A stretch of DNA of 64,000 bases from Candidatus Hydrogenedentota bacterium (GTDB taxonomy: Bacteria > Hydrogenedentota > Hydrogenedentia > Hydrogenedentales > SLHB01). The position numbers were made by a program, and so were the translations under genes. This document shows, in pieces, positions 39,960 through 49,545 of the stretch (positions within the stretch are counted from its first letter, which is position 1; each line of letters begins with the position of its first letter). The stretch spans positions 640,001-704,000 of the forward strand of contig CAXXYE010000009.1 of assembly GCA_963674865.2 (NCBI GenBank), read 5' to 3'. The notes under the pieces were generated by a model. It worked only from the letters and a program-made list of their open reading frames with translations, made no database searches and was not told the origin of the DNA.

Positions 39960-40542
39960 AGCGACTTCATTCAGGACCAGGCCAAGGCCGTCCTGCAGCT
40001 ATCGCGGTCCCGCCTACGCTTCAGGCCTGGCGAACCTTCATCAAGAACCACATACCAGACATGGTTGGCGTGGACTTTCTTGTCGCACGGACCATTCGAT
40101 TTCGGTTGCTGTTCTTGTTTATCATCATGAGTCACGCTTGGCGTCGCGTCGTTTACTTCAACGCAACGGCGAATCCCACGGCCGAATGGACAGCACAACA
40201 AAGCGTTGAGGCGTTCCCATGGGACACGGCGCCAAGATACATTCTTCGGGATCGAGACAGCATTTATGGAGATTGGTTTCGACAGCGTGTCAAGTCGATG
40301 GGCATCCAAGAGGTGCTGACCGCATACCATTGCCCTTGGCAAAATCCGTATGTTGAGCGACTCCGCAGAATCCTTCGGGGCTATTTCGAGTATTATCACG
40401 AGGACCGAACTCACTTGGGCCTTGGAAGGGGACGCCACTGGGGCGTCCGACGTCGAATCGACCATCGCCGTCCGCGAAACTGGTTGAGTTGCCCCCTCTG
40501 GGCGGGCTTCGCCACCGCTACGAGTGGGGCCAGGCCGCATGA
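39960..40542 (+). pseudogene. Degenerate rve (integrase-core) IS transposase
   Basis: WRTFIKNH..VDF, PTAEWTAQQ, LRDRDSIYG, PWQNPYVERL, YYHEDRTHLGL, and LGGLRHRYE in a shifted frame. Internal deletions and a frameshift. Confidence 0.8.
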
Positions 40543-40577
40543 ACGCTACACGATCTACTATTTGAAAGGCACAACCC

Positions 40578-43205
40578 ATGAGAACTCAACATGTGCTGTT
40601 AGCTGTCTGCTTTGCCTGGATTGCGCTTGCCCCGAATGCCTTGAGCCAGCAAGTCATCGATATCGCGGAAGACTGGAAATTCTCGACCGATCCGGAGGCG
40701 GCGGGCGAGCAACAAGGGTGGGCGGCCGTCGATTTCGCCGACGAGAATTGGGCAGACCTGAATGCCGGCATGCGGTGGGAAGACCAAGGCTTCGCAGAAT
40801 ACGACGGCCACGCCTGGTACCGCAAATGGGTGACTGTGCCGGATGGCTGGTTGACCCGCCGCGTCTACCTGGCTTTTGGCGGGATCAACGACGCCGGGGC
40901 TGTTTACGTCAACGGCAAGAAAGCAGCCACCCTCGGGTACCACAAGGAGAGCAAGAAAAACGAGTCCCTGGCCCGGGCGTTCCAAAGCATTGACATTACG
41001 CCCTACATTAAGGTTGGTGCGGACAACTTGACCGCGAAAACCGGGGCGAAGGTCCTGATCGCGGTGGACGTGTTCGACTGGGGAAAGAGCGGGGGCCTTT
41101 GGACATTGCCGTGCGCCCTCACCCTAAATCCCGAATCCATGTCGGCCGTTGAAGCCACCTGTGCCGTGGATTACGCGGCCCGGGAACTGCTCTTGCGGGT
41201 GCAACAGGTGAGTTCCCGGCCCATTTCGCTGGAAGGCGATTTCGCGGTCACGGTAACGCCCGAGGGTGGGGATACGCCCGTGCTGGCGACGCGAGTTCCC
41301 ATCGCGCCGGATGCTTCTCCCACGGAATGCGCGTTGCCTTTGCCCTACTCGCCCGACGCAGTTACTTACACGGTTGAGGTGAAGACCATATCGCCGGCAG
41401 GCGAAACGCTCGAGGATATCGCCGCAAAGACCAAGGTCCACTGGCCGGCCCGCACCGTCCGGGGGCCCGCGTACGCGGATGCCGTCCCGCTGAACAATTT
41501 CGTTTCACAACTCGCCGTCAAGGACTGCGGACCCGCCGCCGATACGATCACCTTCGCAAATCCCACATCCGGCTGGGTGTTCTTCAGCGTTACTCGGCCT
41601 GACACGTTGCCGGACGAAGCCCGGCTGTTCCTGGACGAGGAGGCCACCCCGTTGGCGCTACGCCGCTACTGGCGGACGGGGGCCCTGGAGTCCATGCGAA
41701 GGCTCGAAGCGGGTAAACACGCCCTGCGCGTGGAGGAGGCCGATGGGCGCCGCGTCGAGGTCCGCTCGATCCCGGAACTGCTCTTCTGTTTCTACCCGCC
41801 GGTAATCGACGTTCCGGAACACGGCCCCTTTGGACTGACGTTCTTCGAGCGATACGTCTTCCCCGCCGTGAATACGCTCGTCAAGGAAATCGACCCGGAT
41901 CCCTTCGAGCACAACGGGCGGACGTACACCGCCCTGAACGAACCGGATGAAGTCGTGCGGCAATGGGTGCGGGATGGCCGCGAATGGATCGTGCGGGAGC
42001 CCTTGCCGGGCCTGCACCAAGGGTTGCACGAGGAGCCCCCTATCCTCGCCGATCAAGTGTACGCCGTGTGGCGGGATAAGCCCGGCAGCACGCATCCTTT
42101 GTCCAGTGGAATCATCATCGACGAATTCGCCAATGTCTGGGCCCAGCAATTCGATGAATGGACCGCCGCCCTGGACAAGTTCAGTCAGTATCCGCCTTGG
42201 GGCAACCGGCGCTTCTACGCCTGGGTCGGCGAACTATTCCTGCACAAGCCCGGGGTGGCCTTCCAAGATGTCATCCGCAAGTACGATCATCGCCTGGTGT
42301 GGGAAAACTACCTGAGCGAAGGGCCGAGTGCGATCGCCACCCGGATCTACGTGGTCGAGAAACTCGCGCAGAGCATGCAGGTATGGCAAAACCAGCAGCC
42401 GGGCATCGGCCGTTACGTGCTCATGTGCCCGGGCATTTTCTCCGCCGTGCCGGCCAACCTCGGCAAGAATCCGCAAGCGGACTTCTGCGTGTTCCTAGAC
42501 TGGCAATTCCGCGTAATGGCCACCCATCCGAGTCTCGCCGATCTGGCGGGCGTGATTCCCTGGACGGCCCAGTACGCCGACACGGACGTGCTGCAATGGA
42601 CCTACCGCCTCATGCGGCACTACTGCATCGAGGGAAAGACCGAACCGTTCACGACCGACCCCTACGAGCTTCGCCATATTCGCAACGGCGATTTCGTGCA
42701 GGGCCTCGACGGATGGGACGTGGAAGCGGCCGCCGAGGACAGCATCCGGCCGGATCAAATCGAGGGTTTCGGCTGGATCGAGGGACGCTATTGGAAGACC
42801 ACTACGGGCGATCGGCTCGTTCGCATGACGCGCCAGGCAGAAGGCGGCAACACCTTACGGCAAACCGTCACGGGACTGGAGCCGGGACGTCGGTACGTGG
42901 CCAAACTGCTGGCCATCGACGTGGCCCATTGGACCCATCGTGAGAAAGCCGGGATCGCGCTGCGTCTCGATGGCGTAGATCGCGTGCCCGAGCACAGCTT
43001 CCACACGATGGTGGAAAGCCACGAATCCGGCTCTGTCGAGGCGTGTGCGCATCAGCAGGTGCTGATCAACTACCTGCGGGTCGTGTTCGACGCCACCGCG
43101 GAAACCGCCGCGCTCACCATCACCGACGACGTGCCCTATGGCCTGCTCGACCAGGATCTGGGATGCAACTTCGTCGAGGTCCAACCGTGGCGATTGGAGG
43201 AGTAA
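40578..43205 (+). CDS. Secreted carbohydrate-active protein (GH2-type sugar-binding N-domain, unknown core, CBM-like C-terminus)
   Basis: Signal peptide; WKFSTDP, YDGHAWYRK, FGGINDAGAVYVNG; IRNGDFVQGLDGW. Confidence 0.75.
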   Translation: MRTQHVLLAVCFAWIALAPNALSQQVIDIAEDWKFSTDPEAAGEQQGWAAVDFADENWADLNAGMRWEDQGFAEYDGHAWYRKWVTVPDGWLTRRVYLAFGGINDAGAVYVNGKKAATLGYHKESKKNESLARAFQSIDITPYIKVGADNLTAKTGAKVLIAVDVFDWGKSGGLWTLPCALTLNPESMSAVEATCAVDYAARELLLRVQQVSSRPISLEGDFAVTVTPEGGDTPVLATRVPIAPDASPTECALPLPYSPDAVTYTVEVKTISPAGETLEDIAAKTKVHWPARTVRGPAYADAVPLNNFVSQLAVKDCGPAADTITFANPTSGWVFFSVTRPDTLPDEARLFLDEEATPLALRRYWRTGALESMRRLEAGKHALRVEEADGRRVEVRSIPELLFCFYPPVIDVPEHGPFGLTFFERYVFPAVNTLVKEIDPDPFEHNGRTYTALNEPDEVVRQWVRDGREWIVREPLPGLHQGLHEEPPILADQVYAVWRDKPGSTHPLSSGIIIDEFANVWAQQFDEWTAALDKFSQYPPWGNRRFYAWVGELFLHKPGVAFQDVIRKYDHRLVWENYLSEGPSAIATRIYVVEKLAQSMQVWQNQQPGIGRYVLMCPGIFSAVPANLGKNPQADFCVFLDWQFRVMATHPSLADLAGVIPWTAQYADTDVLQWTYRLMRHYCIEGKTEPFTTDPYELRHIRNGDFVQGLDGWDVEAAAEDSIRPDQIEGFGWIEGRYWKTTTGDRLVRMTRQAEGGNTLRQTVTGLEPGRRYVAKLLAIDVAHWTHREKAGIALRLDGVDRVPEHSFHTMVESHESGSVEACAHQQVLINYLRVVFDATAETAALTITDDVPYGLLDQDLGCNFVEVQPWRLEE

Positions 43206-43500
43206 ACGGACTACTCAATTGGCGGCTTAGCAGCCGGCTTGGAGAACAGTTAAGGGCGCTTTCCACATAGACGTTTCAATGATGGAAAAGGGGCTGTAAT
43301 TGTCCGGTGCTGCGGTTGCGGCCATGGCAGACGTCTCGCCTTCCGTGTGCGCGGCGCCGTCGAATTGTGTGGCGATTGCGACACGTGAGTGGGTTTGGAC
43401 GCTCCGCCTCCGACGGCGTAACCTCTCTGGCGGGAATGACGTGCCTCGGCGCGAGACGCCGCCAAGTCGAGCGCACCTTATCCGAGGAAAGGACGAGATA

Positions 43501-46464
43501 ATGCTCATGCGCCGCTTGTTTATGCTTGTTGTCGCCGCCGGCCTGTGTTGCTCCGCCGGCCTGGCCAAGGAGGGGCCGGTATTGCACACGCGCGAGCAGG
43601 TTGCGCCGGCACGTGAGCGTTGCCGCACCGACGCGTGGGCCATAGGCATCCGCGAGAAGGCAGAGCAGGACGCGGCGCGCTGGGTGGATATGTCCGACGA
43701 GGAACTCTGGGACTTTATCCTTGACGCGGAGATCCCGCGCGCGCTCAACGTGCGCTTCGGGGTGGGATGTCCGGTTCATGGAGAGGCGGTCTTTCGCGAG
43801 GGCGGCCATTATCCCTGGCTCACTTCGAGCGATCAGCCGTTCAAGGTCACGTGTCCCGTGGGCGGCGAAGTGTATCCGAGCAATGATTTCGAGGCGTACC
43901 TCAAGGGGGGATGCAAAGAAACACTCGACACCACGCAGCCTTACGTGGACGACGGCAACGGGTGGGTCGATAAGAATGGCGATCGGTACTTCTTCGTCGG
44001 ATATTACATCTTCTGGCAGCGCTGGAAGGCCGATATCATGGGCGCCATCGACGCCCTCGGCAAGGCGTATGAACTCTCGGGCGACGCGCGGTACGCGCAC
44101 AAACTCGGCGTCATGCTCGGCCGCTTTACCGAAGTTTACCCCCGCATGGATTATCCGACGCAGGCGTACCACAACGGTAAATGGCCCGCTGAAATCAACG
44201 GGCGTATCTTCGACTACGTCTGGGAAAACCGCACCATCCAGCGGGTCGCGCGGGCCTACGATCAAGTCTACGACGCTATCGATGAGGATGCCGCGCTGGC
44301 CGGCTTTCTCGCGGAGCGGGGCATTAAGGATCTCAAGCGCGACTTCGAGCAGAAAGTACTGCATTTCATGGCGCGTGACGTGATGGAAGGGCGCATTCGC
44401 GGCAACATGTACTATCAGCCCACGCTGGCCGAACTGGCCCTTGTCATCGACAACCAGGATCCGGCCTACGGCCCTACCACCGAGGAGATGCTCGATTGGC
44501 TGCTCTACGGCGACGGCGAGGTCGGCATTATCTTGCACAACGGCTTCGATCGCGACGGCGCGGGGGGCGAGAGCGCCCCAGGATACAGCTCCACCTGGAA
44601 CGATAATTTCTGCAACCTGGCCGACATGCTTGTGCGACTCGGTGTGGATATCGCCGCCGAGCCGCGATGGCGCCGGATTATCCACTTTCCTTACAACGTC
44701 ACCGTCGCGGGCAAGCACGCCCCGCGCATCGGCGATTGCGGCGGCACCATCCTCACGAGCGAGCCGCTGATCAGTCCAACCGTGTTGAAGTTCGGCTTCA
44801 AGCATTTCAAGGACCCGCAGTGCGCCCAACTGCTGGTTAAGCAGAATGCCTTCGGCGACTCGCTCTGGGGCGACGCACTCGACCGTACGGAGGTCGAAGA
44901 GGTCGCGTCGTCTGCGCCTGATCTCACAACCTTCGGAACGCGCAACCTGGGCGGATATGGGCTTGGTGTCTTTGAAGCCGGCGAGGGCGATCGCCGCCGG
45001 GCCGGCACGCTCTACTACGGTTCGCCCAACGCCTGGCACGGCCATCACGATCGCCTAACCATCGACTACTGGGCGCACGGCCGGACCTTCCTCCCCGAAA
45101 TGGGCTATCCCGCCCACTGGAATGAAAAGGGGGAGCGCTTCACGCGCGGCATGCCTTCCCACTACGTCGTCGAGATCGACGAAAAGCGCTCGGCCAATCA
45201 CAAGGCCCCCGGCTTCCTGGACTCTTTCGCGGCGGGATCCCGTGTCCGCGTGATGCGCGCCCACGCGGCCAAGAACCTCTATCCGGGCGTCACGGAGCTT
45301 TACGAGCGCACGCTGGCCATGATCGACGTGGGCGATGAGTCTTTCCTCGTCGATCTATTCCGCGTTCGCGGCGGTGGCCTCCACGACTACCATTTCCACG
45401 GCCTGCCCTTCGGCGCGTTCACCACGGAGGGCCTCGAACTCGTTTCCGCCCAGGAGCGAGGGACGCTTCTCGGCGAAGACGTGGCCTGGGGCGAGGACAC
45501 TACGAAGAACTCCAGCGGATACGACTTCTTTCGCAATGTCCGCCGTTACCGCGCGGGGGGGGTGTGGTCGGCGCGCTGGGCGGGACGCGATGACTGCCGC
45601 CTTGCCTACTGGATGCCCGCTTCTCCGGAGGTCATTGTTTGCGATGGCGAGCCGCCGGTGAAACCGGACTATCCGGCCTCCATGGAGTTCGTCGTCGTCC
45701 GCAACCGGGCCTCCGAGAGCCGATTCCCCGCCGTGATCGCTCCCAGCCGGGATTCGGACGTCGTGCAGTCCGCCGCGTTCGATTGCCGGGAGGGCGCGGC
45801 CGTCTACGAAGTGGAAACCTGTGAGGGCACTTGGCGGGTGGTTATCCAAGACGACGGCGGATTCGAGGCGGTGCTCACGCAGGGCGGCGAGTTGATCCAC
45901 GCCTTCGCAGCGAACAAGGAGCGGTTCGCGTGCAATGGCAAGCGGCTTCGGCCCAAAGACAATCGCCGCTACACCATCACCTCCGTGGACTGCACGTCAA
46001 ACGAGGTCACCGTGGATCGCCGGATTCGCAAGCCGGAGCAGCTCGCTGGTGCGGTGGCCGTTGTATCCGGCGGCGGCAATTCCGGTTCCTACACGGCCAC
46101 GCAAGTAGAAGGCCGCGCCATCCGGTTCGACGGCCCGGCAACCATCGGCATGATTATCGTAGACGACCTCGCCGGCAACGTGGTGACCACCAGCACACGG
46201 CTCCGCGGCTATGGCCGACAGTTCGGCTCCCGCGACCTCACCGGCATCGCCCTCATTGGCGAGGACATGCGGCATCCCGTCCACATCATCGCCGTCGAGG
46301 AGGCTAAAGAGGAGCCCACCCGCTTCACCCTCGCCGAGCCCGTCGCCCTGCCTGACGCGGACAACGACGGCCGCCGGCTCGCCTATTTGACGGATCTCGC
46401 GCCGGGATATGATTTGAGCTTCACGCGTTCGGCCGAGATCGAGGGCGAGCATGCAGCGAAGTAG
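43501..46464 (+). CDS. Heparinase II/III-like polysaccharide lyase
   Basis: Signal peptide; DGAGGESAPGY, PRIGD, HGHHDRLTI, LPEMGYP, SHYVVEID. Start trimmed to ATG 43501 or 43507. Confidence 0.8.
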   Translation: MLMRRLFMLVVAAGLCCSAGLAKEGPVLHTREQVAPARERCRTDAWAIGIREKAEQDAARWVDMSDEELWDFILDAEIPRALNVRFGVGCPVHGEAVFREGGHYPWLTSSDQPFKVTCPVGGEVYPSNDFEAYLKGGCKETLDTTQPYVDDGNGWVDKNGDRYFFVGYYIFWQRWKADIMGAIDALGKAYELSGDARYAHKLGVMLGRFTEVYPRMDYPTQAYHNGKWPAEINGRIFDYVWENRTIQRVARAYDQVYDAIDEDAALAGFLAERGIKDLKRDFEQKVLHFMARDVMEGRIRGNMYYQPTLAELALVIDNQDPAYGPTTEEMLDWLLYGDGEVGIILHNGFDRDGAGGESAPGYSSTWNDNFCNLADMLVRLGVDIAAEPRWRRIIHFPYNVTVAGKHAPRIGDCGGTILTSEPLISPTVLKFGFKHFKDPQCAQLLVKQNAFGDSLWGDALDRTEVEEVASSAPDLTTFGTRNLGGYGLGVFEAGEGDRRRAGTLYYGSPNAWHGHHDRLTIDYWAHGRTFLPEMGYPAHWNEKGERFTRGMPSHYVVEIDEKRSANHKAPGFLDSFAAGSRVRVMRAHAAKNLYPGVTELYERTLAMIDVGDESFLVDLFRVRGGGLHDYHFHGLPFGAFTTEGLELVSAQERGTLLGEDVAWGEDTTKNSSGYDFFRNVRRYRAGGVWSARWAGRDDCRLAYWMPASPEVIVCDGEPPVKPDYPASMEFVVVRNRASESRFPAVIAPSRDSDVVQSAAFDCREGAAVYEVETCEGTWRVVIQDDGGFEAVLTQGGELIHAFAANKERFACNGKRLRPKDNRRYTITSVDCTSNEVTVDRRIRKPEQLAGAVAVVSGGGNSGSYTATQVEGRAIRFDGPATIGMIIVDDLAGNVVTTSTRLRGYGRQFGSRDLTGIALIGEDMRHPVHIIAVEEAKEEPTRFTLAEPVALPDADNDGRRLAYLTDLAPGYDLSFTRSAEIEGEHAAK

Positions 46465-46631
46465 CTGCTGGACGCGGGCCTTCTCCTGTGCGTCGCCCGT
46501 CGTTCGCTTCCGTATGGCGCATTTCCGTCCTAGCCACGTGGGCCAGGGCCAAATTATTCGATCGATGTTGTAAGGTACTGTGGAGAGAGTGTTTTCGAGG
46601 AGTGATAAGATCTTGGTCCAGCCGTTTGATC

Positions 46632-46666
46632 TGGCGCCAGCGGGGGTAGGATGCGAACCTACGACC
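46632..46666 (-). other. Degenerate tRNA 3' fragment (relic att site)
   Basis: Minus strand GGTC-GTAGG-TTCGCAT-CCTAC-CCCCGCTGGCG-CCA: a perfect T-stem, near-canonical T-loop and terminal CCA, but no 5' half. Confidence 0.5.
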
Positions 46667-46814
46667 CGTAGGGCAAAAATGCCCGATCGATGTCATAAGC
46701 GGCTTCGGCGATTCGTGTTACGCCCTGGGTGTGTCTTGAGTGTGAGCCGATTGACCGGTCCTCAATCTGAGGGCATCATAGCGCCTTTCCCTTGGGAGAG
46801 AAGTGCTCGCATCG

Positions 46815-46992
46815 ATGTTGGATTTCATTTTGAAGCCTTGGCACCCGCTCGTCTTGTTCGTGGCTTCCCATTTGAACCGTGAGCAGCAAAGTATCATCGA
46901 ATATCTTCAGGTGGAGAACCAGGTGCTTCGCGAGAAGCTGGGGAAGAAGCGTATTCTGTTGAATGATGATCAGCGGCGTAGGCTTCAGGCTT
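46815..46992 (+). pseudogene. N-terminal fragment of an rve-type IS transposase
   Basis: LDFILKPW..LNREQQSIIEYLQVENQVLREKLGKKRILLNDDQRRRL, after which similarity stops. Confidence 0.7.
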
Positions 46993-47132
46993 CGGTGGTT
47001 CAACCGAAGAACGGGGGCATTTACTGGAGGCGATGCGCGTCTTCAGGGCGGAAGCGCCGTGGCATTGGGTGCGCCGCCCGTAGACCAATCAGAAGACTGG
47101 GTGGTCCTACTGACTCGGGAGGAATCAAGTCT

Positions 47133-48473
47133 ATGAGCACTTGTCGGCATGTACTACCAGCTCTGACCTTGACGCTGGGTGTAGCCATTTCTGGCTATTC
47201 AGAGGTAACACCCGCCAAGCCGCGGGTGATCGCGACGACCGACGGTGAGGTCGATGATCGTTGTTCCATGGTTCGGTTCCTGTTGTACACCAACGAGTGG
47301 GATGTCCGCGGACTGGTTTATTCCAGTTCGAAACACCATTGGAAAGGTGATGCAGACCATCCCGAGAAGCACTGGGAGCCCGTCTCGTGGCTTGAGCGGC
47401 AGCTCGATGCTTACGAAGAAGTCTACGAGAACCTGAAGCAGCACGACCCCGATTATCCCGCCCCCGAGTATCTGCGTGCGCAGGTGTTCGTTGGCAACAT
47501 CGCGCTTGAGGGCGACATGGACGCGCCGACACCCGGTTCGGATCGGATTGTCGAAGTGCTTCTTGAGGATGACAACTCGCCGGTATGGCTCCAGGCCTGG
47601 GGCGGCCCAAACACCATCGCCCGAGCCTTGAAGACCATCCAGGAGGAGCATCCGGAGCGCATCAAAGACGTCACGACAAAGACGCGCCTCTATCTCATTT
47701 CGTTGCAGGACAGTACCTACAAGAACTACATTGAGCCGGAATGGCCTGGTCTGCAGACGTTGCAGAGCGGATCTGTGTCGTACGGCGCCATTGCCTATCG
47801 CTGGCCGGAAGTCCAGCCAGGCGAAGTCCAGCGCTTTTTCGACAGCGCCTGGATGACTGACCATATCCTGGAAGGTCATGGGCCTCTGTGCGCCATGTAT
47901 GAGGCAAATAGGGACGGTTCATTTCGTTCAGAAGGGGACAGCCCCGCCTTTCTCCACTTGATACCTGCTGGCCTGCGCAGCACGGAGAACCCGGCTTTCG
48001 GAGGTTGGGGGGGCCGATTCGCTCCGTACACAAGCGACCGGTGGAAATCCGCCGATAAGGCCGGTGCCTTTCCGCACAGCATCCTGCGGTGGGCGGAGCA
48101 TTTCCAAAACGACTGGGCGGCGCGTGCCGACTGGTGCGTCAAGACCTATGCCGAAGCGAACCACGCACCTGTTGTACGGATTTCGCCTGGATCAGACCTG
48201 TCGGCTGCTTCCGGCAAACGCATCGCCTTGAGCGCGGCCGATTCAAGCGACCCCGACGGCGACCGATTGCGGTTCAAATGGCTGCACCACGCGCAAGCGG
48301 GAACATATGACGGACGAGTACGCATTGATAATGCAGAGACGCCGACGCCCTCGTTTGTCGTTCCAAAGGACGCGGACCAGGGCGATACTGTGCACGTGGT
48401 GTGCGCTGTGACGGATGACGGCACACCGCCTCTCACTCGGTACGCGCGTTTCATAATCACAGTGAGTAACTGA
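47133..48473 (+). CDS. DUF1593 (Sde182-type nucleoside-hydrolase-like) secreted protein with C-terminal Ig-like domain
   Basis: ATG after GGAGG; PRVIATTDGEVDDRCSMVRFLLY, WGGPNT, EGDSPAF, GGWGGRF, FQNDWAARADW, VTDDGTPPLTRY. Confidence 0.88.
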   Translation: MSTCRHVLPALTLTLGVAISGYSEVTPAKPRVIATTDGEVDDRCSMVRFLLYTNEWDVRGLVYSSSKHHWKGDADHPEKHWEPVSWLERQLDAYEEVYENLKQHDPDYPAPEYLRAQVFVGNIALEGDMDAPTPGSDRIVEVLLEDDNSPVWLQAWGGPNTIARALKTIQEEHPERIKDVTTKTRLYLISLQDSTYKNYIEPEWPGLQTLQSGSVSYGAIAYRWPEVQPGEVQRFFDSAWMTDHILEGHGPLCAMYEANRDGSFRSEGDSPAFLHLIPAGLRSTENPAFGGWGGRFAPYTSDRWKSADKAGAFPHSILRWAEHFQNDWAARADWCVKTYAEANHAPVVRISPGSDLSAASGKRIALSAADSSDPDGDRLRFKWLHHAQAGTYDGRVRIDNAETPTPSFVVPKDADQGDTVHVVCAVTDDGTPPLTRYARFIITVSN

Positions 48474-48497
48474 GGAGGAACGGGAAAGGACGAAGTG

Positions 48498-49517
48498 ATG
48501 TTTGAACTGGGACTTAGTGTGTTGATGGTGCTGGGCGTGATTGAAGAGGAGCCACTATCTTTGCCGCCAGTTCCGGTCATCTACGACACGGACATGGGCA
48601 ACGACGTGGACGACGGCTTTGCCCTCGGGGTCATCCACGCCCTGCAGAGCCGCAACGAATGCGAGTTGCTCGCGGTGACGGTGACAAAGGACCACGAACT
48701 CGCGGGACCGTTTGTGGACGTACTCAACACCTTCTACGGCCGGGGAGACGTGCCCGTTGGCGTCGTGCGCGATGGCGCCGAACCGAAGCAGGGCAAATTC
48801 CTCGGATTGGCGGCGGAGATGAAGGACGGTGACTACCGGTTCCCGCACGCATTGGCCTCAGGAAAGCAGGCGCCCGAGGCGACCGTCTTGTTGCGAAAGG
48901 TGCTGGCATCGCAGGAGGACCACTCTGTGGTTATCGTCCAAGTCGGGTTCTCGACGAACCTGGCCCGGCTGCTGGACACCGTGCCGGACGAACACTCGGC
49001 GTTGAGCGGTCGCGAGCTGGTTGCCCAGAAGGTGAAGGTGCTCTCCGTGATGGCCGGCGCCTTTGAGCCGTTCAATGGAAAGTCTCACCGCGAGTACAAC
49101 GTGGTCATGGACATTCCCGCTGCGCAGAGGCTTACCCAGGAATGGCCCACGCCCATCGTCTACAGCGGCTTCGAGATCGGCATCAAGACGCGTTTGCCCA
49201 AAGAGGGCATCGAGCACGATTTCGACTACTGTTCCGACCATCCCATGGCGGCGGCCTATCGTCTGTACAACGAGGACTATCGCGACCAACCCTCGTGGGA
49301 CCTGACAAGCGTCCTGTGGGCCGTGCGCCCCGACCGCGGCTACTTTGGTCTTTCACCCAGGGGCCGGGTGTCTTACGACGAGAAGGGGCATACTTCTTGG
49401 ACGGAGGATCCCGCAGGGAATCACCGGTACCTCACCGTGGACGAGAAACAGACCGAACGTGTGAAGGAAGCGTTGGCGATACTGGCAAGCGAGCCGCCGC
49501 ATCTGTGTGGGAATTGA
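48498..49517 (+). CDS. Inosine/uridine nucleoside hydrolase family protein
   Basis: YDTDMGNDVDD (DxDxxxDD), TNLA, MAG, EYN, PSWDL. Confidence 0.85.
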   Translation: MFELGLSVLMVLGVIEEEPLSLPPVPVIYDTDMGNDVDDGFALGVIHALQSRNECELLAVTVTKDHELAGPFVDVLNTFYGRGDVPVGVVRDGAEPKQGKFLGLAAEMKDGDYRFPHALASGKQAPEATVLLRKVLASQEDHSVVIVQVGFSTNLARLLDTVPDEHSALSGRELVAQKVKVLSVMAGAFEPFNGKSHREYNVVMDIPAAQRLTQEWPTPIVYSGFEIGIKTRLPKEGIEHDFDYCSDHPMAAAYRLYNEDYRDQPSWDLTSVLWAVRPDRGYFGLSPRGRVSYDEKGHTSWTEDPAGNHRYLTVDEKQTERVKEALAILASEPPHLCGN

Positions 49518-49545
49518 GAGCATACTGAAACCGGAGCAAATTCTA

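Noticed and set aside
39960..46992. Composite transposon formed by the two IS relics around the GH2-like and heparinase genes
   Set aside because: The relics share no visible DNA similarity, appear to belong to different rve subfamilies, and no terminal repeats were found.
46803..48473. 556-aa transposase-DUF1593 fusion in the ORF track
   Set aside because: Chance in-frame join; the DUF1593 gene has its own GGAGG RBS, ATG (47133) and signal peptide.
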